Below the pieces are notes generated by a model. The model was not told where the DNA came from. It did no database searches and saw only the letters and a list, made by a program, of their open reading frames with translations. From a virus (taxonomy: Duplodnaviria > Caudoviricetes): a DNA stretch of 43,373 bases. How positions within the stretch are numbered: position 1 is the stretch's first letter; every line of letters begins with the position of its first letter. The translations under genes and the position numbers were made by a program. Where the stretch lies: positions 1 to 43,373 of IMG/VR virus record IMGVR_UViG_3300031519_000053. One strand, written 5' to 3'. Shown piece after piece: positions 34,625 to 42,852 of this stretch.

Positions 34625-35515
34625 TTAAGCGTTATATGGTATATTAGCATGTCTATGAGGCTTTGTCAACAGTTCATGCGGCTTTTTGAAAAGATTCTCG
34701 GATGAGAGATAATCCAAGTACCCTTGCCAAGTCGACAAGTCTCCATACCAATCTACATTATACAAGAAAGCATCAGTGGTGTCAAGCTCTGAAAGTACCT
34801 GATTTAAAGAAAAGCTTTTGGCTGACCACCTTTCTTTCAGCGGAAGGCGGCGAGAGGGATATATTTCACCCTCTTCTGTGTTGTAAAAATCTTTGGTTGT
34901 CGCCTTATTGACGGATCTGCGACAGTTGATGTAGTCTTTGTTAAACATAGTAAAGCTAAGAGGAACATTGTCCAACACAGTCTTCCCCTCATAAGACATT
35001 AAAAAATTTGCGTTCCTATCACTGATTTTTGACCGATGTGCTCTAATATCATAAATATTGAAAATAGACATCGGAAATGAGATATAATACTTTTCTGGAA
35101 TCAGCCATTTGGAGATCTCGTTGCCTACTTTCCAAGCAGAATATACCCCGTTCAAAATCGACCAACCATAGGAGTCCCTCCTACCAACATCTTTTGGGTG
35201 AATTGGGCAATAAAATATAGGTATCTCCTTCCTGCTCTCGTTACCCTCGCCAAAATGCAGGCGGCTCATGTATACCGGATCATAGATCCAATCTCCTACA
35301 ACTTTTCTGACTATCGGAGCAAGGTCTTCATTTGCGACAATCCAGATTGTGCTGCAACCTGCCATGGCGCATTCGAAAACTGACTTTTGAATTGCAGTAT
35401 AGCCTTTATCTATAGACAGTATTACCTCTGGGTATACCGTCTCCATATCAGTTTCTATCCCCGAGACTGGGATTACTCCTGCCATGTGTATCTTTCTCAG
35501 CTTTCTCACAGCCAC
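34625..35515 (-). CDS. Sugar-nucleotidyltransferase-like protein, degenerate
   Basis: AGVIPVSG......YPEVILSID..YTAIQKSVFECAMAGCSTIWIV mirrors an NTP_transferase N-terminus; WYGDLSTWQGY near the C-terminus. Confidence 0.6.
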   Translation of the reverse strand: MAVRKLRKIHMAGVIPVSGIETDMETVYPEVILSIDKGYTAIQKSVFECAMAGCSTIWIVANEDLAPIVRKVVGDWIYDPVYMSRLHFGEGNESRKEIPIFYCPIHPKDVGRRDSYGWSILNGVYSAWKVGNEISKWLIPEKYYISFPMSIFNIYDIRAHRSKISDRNANFLMSYEGKTVLDNVPLSFTMFNKDYINCRRSVNKATTKDFYNTEEGEIYPSRRLPLKERWSAKSFSLNQVLSELDTTDAFLYNVDWYGDLSTWQGYLDYLSSENLFKKPHELLTKPHRHANIPYNA

Positions 35516-36381
35516 CTCAGAAATTTATCGTAGGAAACAGATACCTCGTTCAGACCCCTGATCAGCTGGTCCTCTGCTCCCTTCTCTATCTTAATATATT
35601 GAGTCATCGGCGTTAGCGCACTTGGGGCTCTAAGCTTCTCTCTATACATGCTAGACGTTTTGAATTTATAATACTTTGGCTTTCCGTTTGGTCCCAAGCC
35701 GTTAAATACCCCTTTCATCCCTCTATCCTCCATTTCGCTTATGAGCTTAAAGCGAGCCATTGTTTCAGAAAAGTCAAAAGAATCTATTTGTGTAGTATTC
35801 AATATTGATACCACACACGCATCTTTAACGGGCGTTGCTCCGTCGATCCGGTCTGAAGAGTAGAACCAAATCTCATTTGTTAGATTGTCATCTGTCTTGA
35901 TATAATCGATTTTGTGTTTTCCTCCTCGATTGAAAGCTACCCAATCATAGCACACATACTCTTCTTCGGCAAGCTTTTTTTCCGTAACAAAGCCATGCGC
36001 AAAGCGATCTCCAAAATAATGACACGTACCAAATTCAATTTCAGCAATCTTAGAATAGTCATTAGAGCATATTATGCGATTATCCACCTCTCTAATATTG
36101 CAACAGAGGTTTGACAAAGGAACCAGACCCTCCAACGTAAGCAAAAACATTAGCCTCTCCCAGAGGAGGTACTTGGGACAGCCAACTGTGAACTCCCCGC
36201 TATGAGTTGCAAGGACTCGCTGTTGCTGTGGTATCTTAATACAACTTAGATCCCGCCCCACATCTAAATGATCAAACCGAAAAGGATAATCTGGCTCGGT
36301 GAACAAGATTGGGTATCTATTACTAAAGGCGAATAAAAGGGCAGAAAGGCTGCTCCCGATAACTATATTATCGTATCTCAA
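35506..36381 (-). CDS. Hypothetical protein with degenerate FAD/Rossmann-like N-terminus
   Basis: YDNIVIGSSLSALLFA. Start uncertain (TTG 36381 versus 36435). Confidence 0.6.
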   Translation of the reverse strand: MRYDNIVIGSSLSALLFAFSNRYPILFTEPDYPFRFDHLDVGRDLSCIKIPQQQRVLATHSGEFTVGCPKYLLWERLMFLLTLEGLVPLSNLCCNIREVDNRIICSNDYSKIAEIEFGTCHYFGDRFAHGFVTEKKLAEEEYVCYDWVAFNRGGKHKIDYIKTDDNLTNEIWFYSSDRIDGATPVKDACVVSILNTTQIDSFDFSETMARFKLISEMEDRGMKGVFNGLGPNGKPKYYKFKTSSMYREKLRAPSALTPMTQYIKIEKGAEDQLIRGLNEVSVSYDKFLRWL

Positions 36382-36382
36382 C

Positions 36383-37339
36383 CTACCGGTCTTCGCAGGT
36401 TTCTCCGGTATCAATATATCCGACATCTTCTTCATCTATGATCTCTTCCAACAAAGATTTAATGTCTAAACCTGCGCAATCGATCTTCTTCTTGCTAACA
36501 TGGTAATGACTAACGAATCCATTAAATTTACCGTATTTAACGTCTTGTTCGTACCCTTTGGAGGTTGTGTTAAATTGGTTTAGCGGAACTTCATATTCTA
36601 TATCGGCACAATTGTGAATCGCTCCCCACAAAGCCTTCAGGGCGCGAATCTGTACCGGATAGAAATCCAGAAATGGATCTAGCTTCTCCCCGTGAACTCT
36701 AGCCTCTTCCACCATCGGTCTCTCACCGAATCCGTTCCTCACATACCAATCTTGATATTTCGGATAGTAAGCATTGCTAATCTCGACTCCGATGGAGGCT
36801 CTATTGACTCTTTCTGAACCAGCGTGCCAGCAACCATGCTGCATATCTACTGTCTGGTAGATTGTGCCGTCGTTATCTATTAAAAAGTGAACCGAGATCC
36901 CTCTTTTAGATAGTATAGTCTGACAAGCGCGAGAACTCAAGCAAACATCCCAGTGGTTAACGAACAGTCTGACCGATCTCTTGGCTCTGCCGGTATAATC
37001 ATAGTAAGTGCCCTTTTTAGATTTAAGACCACCTTTCTCTGACCACAATACAACCTTTGGCCACTCTATTTTATGAAACTCTCCATTATAAATAATGTAA
37101 TTTGAATATTGAGGATCTTCAGGCTTATGCGCGTCAATACTTGATTGACGCTCTGTCCATGCTCGACGAAAGGTAGCTGGACCGCACATGCCGTCGGCTG
37201 CCAATCGTCTTTCCCGTTGCCACTTTTTAATAGCTCGTGTTAGCTGGTCATCATAATACTTCTCTCCAAACCAAGTTGGATCCCAGCCCAGTGAGAATGC
37301 AGAAGATTCGTTATAAAAGTTTTTATCAATTGTAGACAT
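36383..37339 (-). CDS. Endolysin-like: peptidoglycan-binding domain + N-acetylmuramoyl-L-alanine amidase
   Basis: AIKKWQ...LAADGMCGPAT; VNHWD, SVHFLIDNDGTIYQ, WHAG, SIGVEI, SHYH...KIDC. Confidence 0.9.
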   Translation of the reverse strand: MSTIDKNFYNESSAFSLGWDPTWFGEKYYDDQLTRAIKKWQRERRLAADGMCGPATFRRAWTERQSSIDAHKPEDPQYSNYIIYNGEFHKIEWPKVVLWSEKGGLKSKKGTYYDYTGRAKRSVRLFVNHWDVCLSSRACQTILSKRGISVHFLIDNDGTIYQTVDMQHGCWHAGSERVNRASIGVEISNAYYPKYQDWYVRNGFGERPMVEEARVHGEKLDPFLDFYPVQIRALKALWGAIHNCADIEYEVPLNQFNTTSKGYEQDVKYGKFNGFVSHYHVSKKKIDCAGLDIKSLLEEIIDEEDVGYIDTGETCEDR

Positions 37340-37367
37340 ACTGTTCTTTAACCATTCGGAGGGTTAT

Positions 37368-37655
37368 CTATTGAACAGTAAATAGTCCTAAAATATAATT
37401 ATCTAGTATTACGCTGGTCTTGTAGCCATCAAAAGTAAGCTCCTCAATCATGGTCTTGTCCACAATCGCGCTGCTATCTGCACTCAGGCTAGAGGCGAAT
37501 CGAGCATCGTCTGCCCAACTCTTAATCTTTACTTTTATAAAGCGTTCCTCGGTAGGCTTATAACTATGGGGCAAGAGGATGCCTGTATTGGTCTCTTGCA
37601 CATTCGAACTTATTAGTTCAACTTCAATATATCGGTTAACTGGCTTAAACATCAT
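37368..37655 (-). CDS. groES: Co-chaperonin GroES-like protein
   Basis: FKPVNRYIEVE...TNTGILLP...VILDNYILG. Confidence 0.75.
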   Translation of the reverse strand: MMFKPVNRYIEVELISSNVQETNTGILLPHSYKPTEERFIKVKIKSWADDARFASSLSADSSAIVDKTMIEELTFDGYKTSVILDNYILGLFTVQ

Positions 37656-37676
37656 ATCTCCTATTTTATATTACTT

Positions 37677-39644
37677 CTAAACTTCGCAAGAATCATTCGA
37701 GCAAAATTTGCTACCAACTCCGCCTTCGTCCGTTATGAATCTTTGCACCGGAGTGATTTTCGAGGTCAAGGTTTCATACTTCTCTTTTGAGATCGGCTCG
37801 TAGGGCGCTTGTTCATAGCCGGTCTCTTCGTATCGTAGGAAGGAGACCGCCTTAAGGCGACTCTCGTACATCTCCAGTGCGTCCTTAATCTGGCTTGCCT
37901 CTTCCGGCTTGAATGTTACTGTTATGGACACAGAGTTATCCGCCCAAAAGTGCTGATACTGCGCCGCTATCTCTAGCTGTTCCCACATTCCTACGTCTCT
38001 CTTGCCTTTAAAAAAGTAAGGCTCCTTCACCGGGAATTCGACACATACCGTGTTTGGGGAATATACGTCATCCTCAATAAAATAGCCGGCTTCCGTAAGG
38101 GCAGGGAGCAAAGTCGATCCCTTTCCGAATCGAATCCTGCGAATATAGTACTCGTCCTCTGGGAAGTGGATTCCTGGGGTTGAGCCGTTGAGCAAAGAAA
38201 CTGTTCCGGAGGGCTTAATCGATGTCGTGCGAATTGACTTTGGGATGCATAACCAGTTTGAGTACTCTTCATCAAGCTCTTGCACATAGGTATATGCCCG
38301 GTCACACCAATTGTATAGCTCGCGGCGACCATGCTTGTTGAAAGCCTGAACCACGCCTGATTGAGATAAGCCAATGCGGCGATTCTTTAGCATCTTGGCG
38401 TTGGTCTCGGGCCAATGCGTGTTGGACAGCGTGATAGTCTTGCCATACAGGTAGGCAATCTTTAGAGTCTTAAGGTAATCTTCATAATCTTCATGCTTTG
38501 CAGGGAACGTCTCGACAAGACAACAAAGCTCAGCATCCTCTAGCTGTTGTTCTACACAAGGATTAAACCCTGCTACGTTGATATCGTCTAAACGCTCTCC
38601 GTCCTTGAACCTCCCCCGAGTGCGGGCGTTGTTGAGCCAAATATATCCGGGCTCGCCGTTCTTCTGTGATTGTCCAGCGTGCCATTCGTAGTCCATTCCT
38701 ACTACCGCATTGAACGAGTTGTTTGAGCCCCATCGATGATGGTGAAGTTTTTCAGAATCATTCTTCATCTCAAGATAGTGCTTGTCGTCGTGACGACCCA
38801 TAGCAAGGGCAGCAGAACGGCGCACATTGCCGGCTACAACACAGCGACCAATAAGGTTTTCGGTGTCAACAATATCCACCGAAGTGATTAGTTCTCCAGT
38901 CTTTGGGGTATATAGTTCAGACAAGTTATCGTGCAGTTCCTTGAGGGGGGCGTGTCCTGATGATGTACCTCCAAATCCATGGATCAAAGCGCCTTCTGGT
39001 CGAATGGCAGAATAGTCGAATTCTGGAACCTTTGTCCCAAAGAAAAACCCGTCTAACAGCAAGTGAACCGAGTCAACCCAGCCTTCGCGTGAGTCATCAA
39101 TAACAAGAACGTCGCTTGTGTATTCTGGTTCTCTAATAGTTATAGTTCCAGATCCCTCGGTATCAAAACCTACACCAATTCCGACCATCAGTGCATCCAT
39201 CATCCACGCAAAGAGATATCCGCCCTTGGATGGGAGATCTTTAGTTGAGCGGAAAGCGCAGTTAAACAAACCTGCAGCAGTTCGCTCCTCGATGAATTTT
39301 GTGCCCATCATCCACAGACCACGACCGGGAGGGGTCCACTTCAAGTTAAATAGCCTATCGAATGCGTCTTTAGCTGTTCTTTGTGCCTTTGCGTCATTCC
39401 ACTCAAGACCAAGATGGAAAACGTGCTGTTTTTGCATGTTAAACATGCCTTCAATAACTCTCCGGCAGGTCTGCCACCATTCTTCAGTTCCAGAGGCATC
39501 TGGATCAAACTCACTCAGTCTGCGGGCATATGTTCTCTTAAACGTGACATATCCAAGTGGACCCCAAGGTACCGTAGCAACCTTGTATGGCTCTACAAAC
39601 GTGTCCGACAAGCGAAATCGTCGAATGTTTTGAATTGTTCTCAT
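37677..39644 (-). CDS. nrdJ: Class II (B12-dependent) ribonucleotide reductase, monomeric RTPR type
   Basis: RTYAR, PPGRGLW, FNCAF, GNVRRSA, NPCVEQ, IKPSGTVS, DNSVS, C-terminal CSNDSC. Confidence 0.93.
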   Translation of the reverse strand: MRTIQNIRRFRLSDTFVEPYKVATVPWGPLGYVTFKRTYARRLSEFDPDASGTEEWWQTCRRVIEGMFNMQKQHVFHLGLEWNDAKAQRTAKDAFDRLFNLKWTPPGRGLWMMGTKFIEERTAAGLFNCAFRSTKDLPSKGGYLFAWMMDALMVGIGVGFDTEGSGTITIREPEYTSDVLVIDDSREGWVDSVHLLLDGFFFGTKVPEFDYSAIRPEGALIHGFGGTSSGHAPLKELHDNLSELYTPKTGELITSVDIVDTENLIGRCVVAGNVRRSAALAMGRHDDKHYLEMKNDSEKLHHHRWGSNNSFNAVVGMDYEWHAGQSQKNGEPGYIWLNNARTRGRFKDGERLDDINVAGFNPCVEQQLEDAELCCLVETFPAKHEDYEDYLKTLKIAYLYGKTITLSNTHWPETNAKMLKNRRIGLSQSGVVQAFNKHGRRELYNWCDRAYTYVQELDEEYSNWLCIPKSIRTTSIKPSGTVSLLNGSTPGIHFPEDEYYIRRIRFGKGSTLLPALTEAGYFIEDDVYSPNTVCVEFPVKEPYFFKGKRDVGMWEQLEIAAQYQHFWADNSVSITVTFKPEEASQIKDALEMYESRLKAVSFLRYEETGYEQAPYEPISKEKYETLTSKITPVQRFITDEGGVGSKFCSNDSCEV

Positions 39645-39646
39645 TG

Positions 39647-41041
39647 TTATTTTTTCCTCTTTAGTTTGGTGTATTTTGCTTTTAATAGCGCCTGCTGCGC
39701 TCGTGTGTCCAGAGCTACTGGAGCCGTAGCTACGTTGCTCTGATTGACAGCGGTACCAGTGGACAACCCAGGTACTTTTGGCAATATCTTTATGTTCACG
39801 CTTGAGGTGTCCATAAAGATACTGAAGATCATCCCGTCCGGACCATTTCTATTCTTCGCTATAAAAATCTTGCCTAGGTTGTTTTGCTTATCTTCAATTG
39901 TGCGAGAAACAGAAAAAATGAAATCTGCAACAAAGCACTTATTGAATGCTTCTGAGATTTGCTCCATCGTGATTACTTCTGCGCTGAGTCCGGATCGATT
40001 CGTTTGAGAAGCTGTCCAGATAGGACACTGAAACTCTGTCGAAAGTGCTCTTAGCTCTTCGTAAATAGATTCCAGTTCGTTTCTTTTCTCTTTTCTTACT
40101 GTAACTGGCTTAAGTAGATCAGCGTAGTCTACGATGATCATCCCAGGTTCAATCCCTCGTTTAATAAGTCTAGAAAGGTGCGCGCGGATTGTGTTTGTCG
40201 AAGCCGACTTAGTTGGATACTCCTTGATAATAAGCCCGCCATCGAGATCCTTGATCTCTTCGTAAACTTCTTCCTTGAAGTTGATAATATCAGAGAGAGG
40301 ATAACCAGTAATGCAGCTGTCGTACCTTGTGGCAATAATTGTATCCTGTAGCTCCAAGGTGTAGTGTATGACTGTCTTTCCTTCCTTTATCGCTTGGGCT
40401 CCTAAGTGTACCAATACCATGGACTTGCCTGCGCCTGTGGGGGCAATAACAACGCCTAACTCGCTCTTACCTAAGCCGCCGCCGGTGATTGCGTCCATAT
40501 CACTCCAGCCAGTTGTAACCGTGTTTCTGAATTTTGGCTCGAATCTCTTTTCAAAGTCAACCATATAATCATATCCAAAGTTATTTTCGGAACCCAACTT
40601 TAGGGCATCGTTAATAACTTTGGATATCTCATCGAAAGAGCAATTCTGCAGCAGCCCAACTGACTTCATCATTGCTTCTTTGAGGTTCTGCTTTCGGCAG
40701 AAATCAATAGAAGTTTCTTTTATGTACCCAGTATCCGTTACCTCTCTCACGTGCATTCTAGAAAAATAATCTTGCACCTGAGTGCGTAATACTTCGTCTT
40801 CGTTGTCTAGCTCCGTCTTGAGGATCGTCATCATCGCATCAACAGATGGATGCTTATCATAGCGATGCCTAAACTGAAGCGTCTTTCTTAGGAAGACTTG
40901 TAGGTATTCAAGCTCAATGAAATTTACGTCTAGCACTTCAGTTATCTGATCTGCGAAGGGTCTGTCCTCAAATACCAGCTGGACTAGCCCTTCTTGAAAA
41001 GCCTTACCGTATCTTCCAAGGTTTACTTTTTCTGCTTGCAT
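39647..41041 (-). CDS. dnaB: Replicative helicase (DnaB / T4 gp41-like)
   Basis: APTGAGKS, YTLEL, IIVDYADL, WTASQTNR, AKNRNG. Confidence 0.93.
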   Translation of the reverse strand: MQAEKVNLGRYGKAFQEGLVQLVFEDRPFADQITEVLDVNFIELEYLQVFLRKTLQFRHRYDKHPSVDAMMTILKTELDNEDEVLRTQVQDYFSRMHVREVTDTGYIKETSIDFCRKQNLKEAMMKSVGLLQNCSFDEISKVINDALKLGSENNFGYDYMVDFEKRFEPKFRNTVTTGWSDMDAITGGGLGKSELGVVIAPTGAGKSMVLVHLGAQAIKEGKTVIHYTLELQDTIIATRYDSCITGYPLSDIINFKEEVYEEIKDLDGGLIIKEYPTKSASTNTIRAHLSRLIKRGIEPGMIIVDYADLLKPVTVRKEKRNELESIYEELRALSTEFQCPIWTASQTNRSGLSAEVITMEQISEAFNKCFVADFIFSVSRTIEDKQNNLGKIFIAKNRNGPDGMIFSIFMDTSSVNIKILPKVPGLSTGTAVNQSNVATAPVALDTRAQQALLKAKYTKLKRKK

Positions 41042-41065
41042 TTGTGCTCTCTCTTAGTGATTCTA

Positions 41066-41095
41066 ATTATACCTGATCCCTGCCCTCAAAGTCAA
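41066..41095 (-). promoter_or_regulatory. Sigma70-type promoter
   Basis: TTGACT-18-TATAAT upstream of the helicase. Confidence 0.7.
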
Positions 41096-41109
41096 GGTAA
41101 TTTGCAGAT

Positions 41110-42108
41110 TTATTCGTTTGCCATATCAAGGCAGTCACTAGAGATCCTATTTAAGTTCCCCTTGAGATCACCCCAGTTTAATTCACCAAATCCATCTTCG
41201 CGCATAAGTCGAATGATCTCCGTCTTGTTAAAGTCGCATTCAAAATTCTCTATAGAATCTTTAACGTGAATCTTTGATTGAATAGACATTTGGGGCGAAT
41301 ACAGTTGCATCATCTTATAGTTGTGTTCGATAAGCTCCTTGTTTTCTAATACGTTCTGGTAGAACTTTAGATTACTGGTGATCGCCTTCTCTGCGCAGTG
41401 TTCCATAACTCCATCAATTGTGTGCGTCGTACTCTCTGATAAGAAGCCTATCCGCTTGGCTACCGTCTTGAATCCGGCACCCTTTACTCCAGGGAGATTA
41501 TCTGAGGAGTCTCCAATAATTGCTCTCGCTAATGCCATGTTGATCGGGTGGACGCCGGTCTGTTCTACGATCCTCTTGGGGTTCAAGATCTCGTCCTTAA
41601 CTGGACGCCACAAAACGGTCATCTCGCTGCAAATTTGCATAAAGTCTTTATCGTTTGAGACGATAATCTTCTGATATTCTGCGTAATGCTCCATTGAACA
41701 AACGTATGAAATTATATCGTCTGCCTCGATCTCTGGCAAGATCGTCTGAATGATTGGCATATTGTTGAGGTATTCCATTAGCCGAGTTTGTTGCCAGATC
41801 TTGTTCTTAAGTTCTTCGTCGTCAGTCAAGTTGTGATAGGCTCGATTCAGACGGATCGGCTTGCGACCTGCCTTATAATTCTTGTCCATATCTTTGCGCT
41901 TCTTAGAGCCGTTGGCTCCATCCCAGCAAACAACAATCGCATCTGGCTTTGTCTGGCGCACTAACTTTTGAAGAATCTTGATAAATCCCTTTAGCCCGCC
42001 AATTGGCTGTCCATGATGGGACAGGCTAGGATCAACGATATATGCGCGGATCACAGCATTTGCACCGTCGATTATTAGAACTCTTTTGGCTTTTTCTTGT
42101 TCACTCAT
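41110..42108 (-). CDS. 5'-3' exonuclease / flap endonuclease (PolA N-terminal / T4 RNase H-like)
   Basis: LIIDG.N, CWDG, YKAGR, EADDII, SNDKDF.Q, GDSSDNLPGVKGAG.KT; start placed at the ATGA overlap (42108). Confidence 0.93.
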   Translation of the reverse strand: MSEQEKAKRVLIIDGANAVIRAYIVDPSLSHHGQPIGGLKGFIKILQKLVRQTKPDAIVVCWDGANGSKKRKDMDKNYKAGRKPIRLNRAYHNLTDDEELKNKIWQQTRLMEYLNNMPIIQTILPEIEADDIISYVCSMEHYAEYQKIIVSNDKDFMQICSEMTVLWRPVKDEILNPKRIVEQTGVHPINMALARAIIGDSSDNLPGVKGAGFKTVAKRIGFLSESTTHTIDGVMEHCAEKAITSNLKFYQNVLENKELIEHNYKMMQLYSPQMSIQSKIHVKDSIENFECDFNKTEIIRLMREDGFGELNWGDLKGNLNRISSDCLDMANE

Positions 42109-42230
42109 TCTTCTCTCCATATTCTGTTTTTTAGAATATGCTTTATGTGCCCTTTCGAGCACCCAAGCATTTCTGATAGTGTTTTCTGGCTAATCCCACC
42201 TTCGGAATAAAGCCTTCTTATTTCTCTCAC
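42105..42230 (-). CDS. 41-aa stand-alone HTH protein (absent from the ORF track)
   Basis: GTG start; MREIRRLYSEGGISQKTLSEMLGCSKGHIKHILKNRIWREE; ATGA overlap with the exonuclease. Confidence 0.7.
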   Translation of the reverse strand: MREIRRLYSEGGISQKTLSEMLGCSKGHIKHILKNRIWREE

Positions 42231-42241
42231 TTTCTTATAAG

Positions 42242-42270
42242 AGAATAGCACGCCCAAGAGCACTTGTCAA
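42242..42270 (-). promoter_or_regulatory. Sigma70 promoter
   Basis: TTGACA-17-TATTCT with TG extension. Confidence 0.7.
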
Positions 42271-42274
42271 GCTT

Positions 42275-42568
42275 TCATTCTTCGTTCTCCTTAAACTGTC
42301 GTAGTCTATCTAGAGCGTCGTCATAAGCGGAGTCAGAGTCTCTGTTAGTGCCGTTAAACCAATACCATATGAATGGTTTTCGTCTGTTTCCTGTATGAAA
42401 TTCATAGAAGACGTAGTATCTGCCTGTATGTTCTGGGTATGGTGGGTCTTGATCTTCGCCGAGATAAACAGCTATACCATTCACAGCTGCCGCTCGATAT
42501 ATATCGTCATCACGATGATTCAGGACAAAGCCGCCGCCGGCAACACTACACAGATCACCGACTTTCAT
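42275..42568 (-). CDS. Hypothetical protein, MKVGDL family
   Basis: MKVGDLCSV...GIAVYLG; ATGA coupling. Confidence 0.7.
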   Translation of the reverse strand: MKVGDLCSVAGGGFVLNHRDDDIYRAAAVNGIAVYLGEDQDPPYPEHTGRYYVFYEFHTGNRRKPFIWYWFNGTNRDSDSAYDDALDRLRQFKENEE

Positions 42569-42852
42569 TCTTCTTTCTCCACAAGTTCCCAGTATCCTTC
42601 TGCTGAGACATTATGATGGTCATGCCCAACGAGTTCAGCATAGTTTCTATTCCATTCTCTTTCCATCTTTGCTAAACCTCCAGAGTTCTTCACAAAGTTT
42701 TCTGAATACTTCTCCCAAGTTTTAACCTCAGAAAATCTATCCAGTTCTTTTTGTAAGCCTTTGTGATCTCCCGCTCTGGTCTTCAACTTCATTCTATACT
42801 TGAAATCGGTTCCTGTCAAGCCAACTTCAATATAGTATCTAGGAGCGCTCAT
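42565..42852 (-). CDS. Hypothetical protein
   Basis: ATGA overlaps at both ends. Confidence 0.7.
   Translation of the reverse strand: MSAPRYYIEVGLTGTDFKYRMKLKTRAGDHKGLQKELDRFSEVKTWEKYSENFVKNSGGLAKMEREWNRNYAELVGHDHHNVSAEGYWELVEKEE

Noticed and set aside
713-42616. Numerous plus-strand ORFs in the track
   Set aside because: They lie antisense to well-supported minus-strand genes, have Ser/Ile-rich shadow composition and no recognisable motifs.
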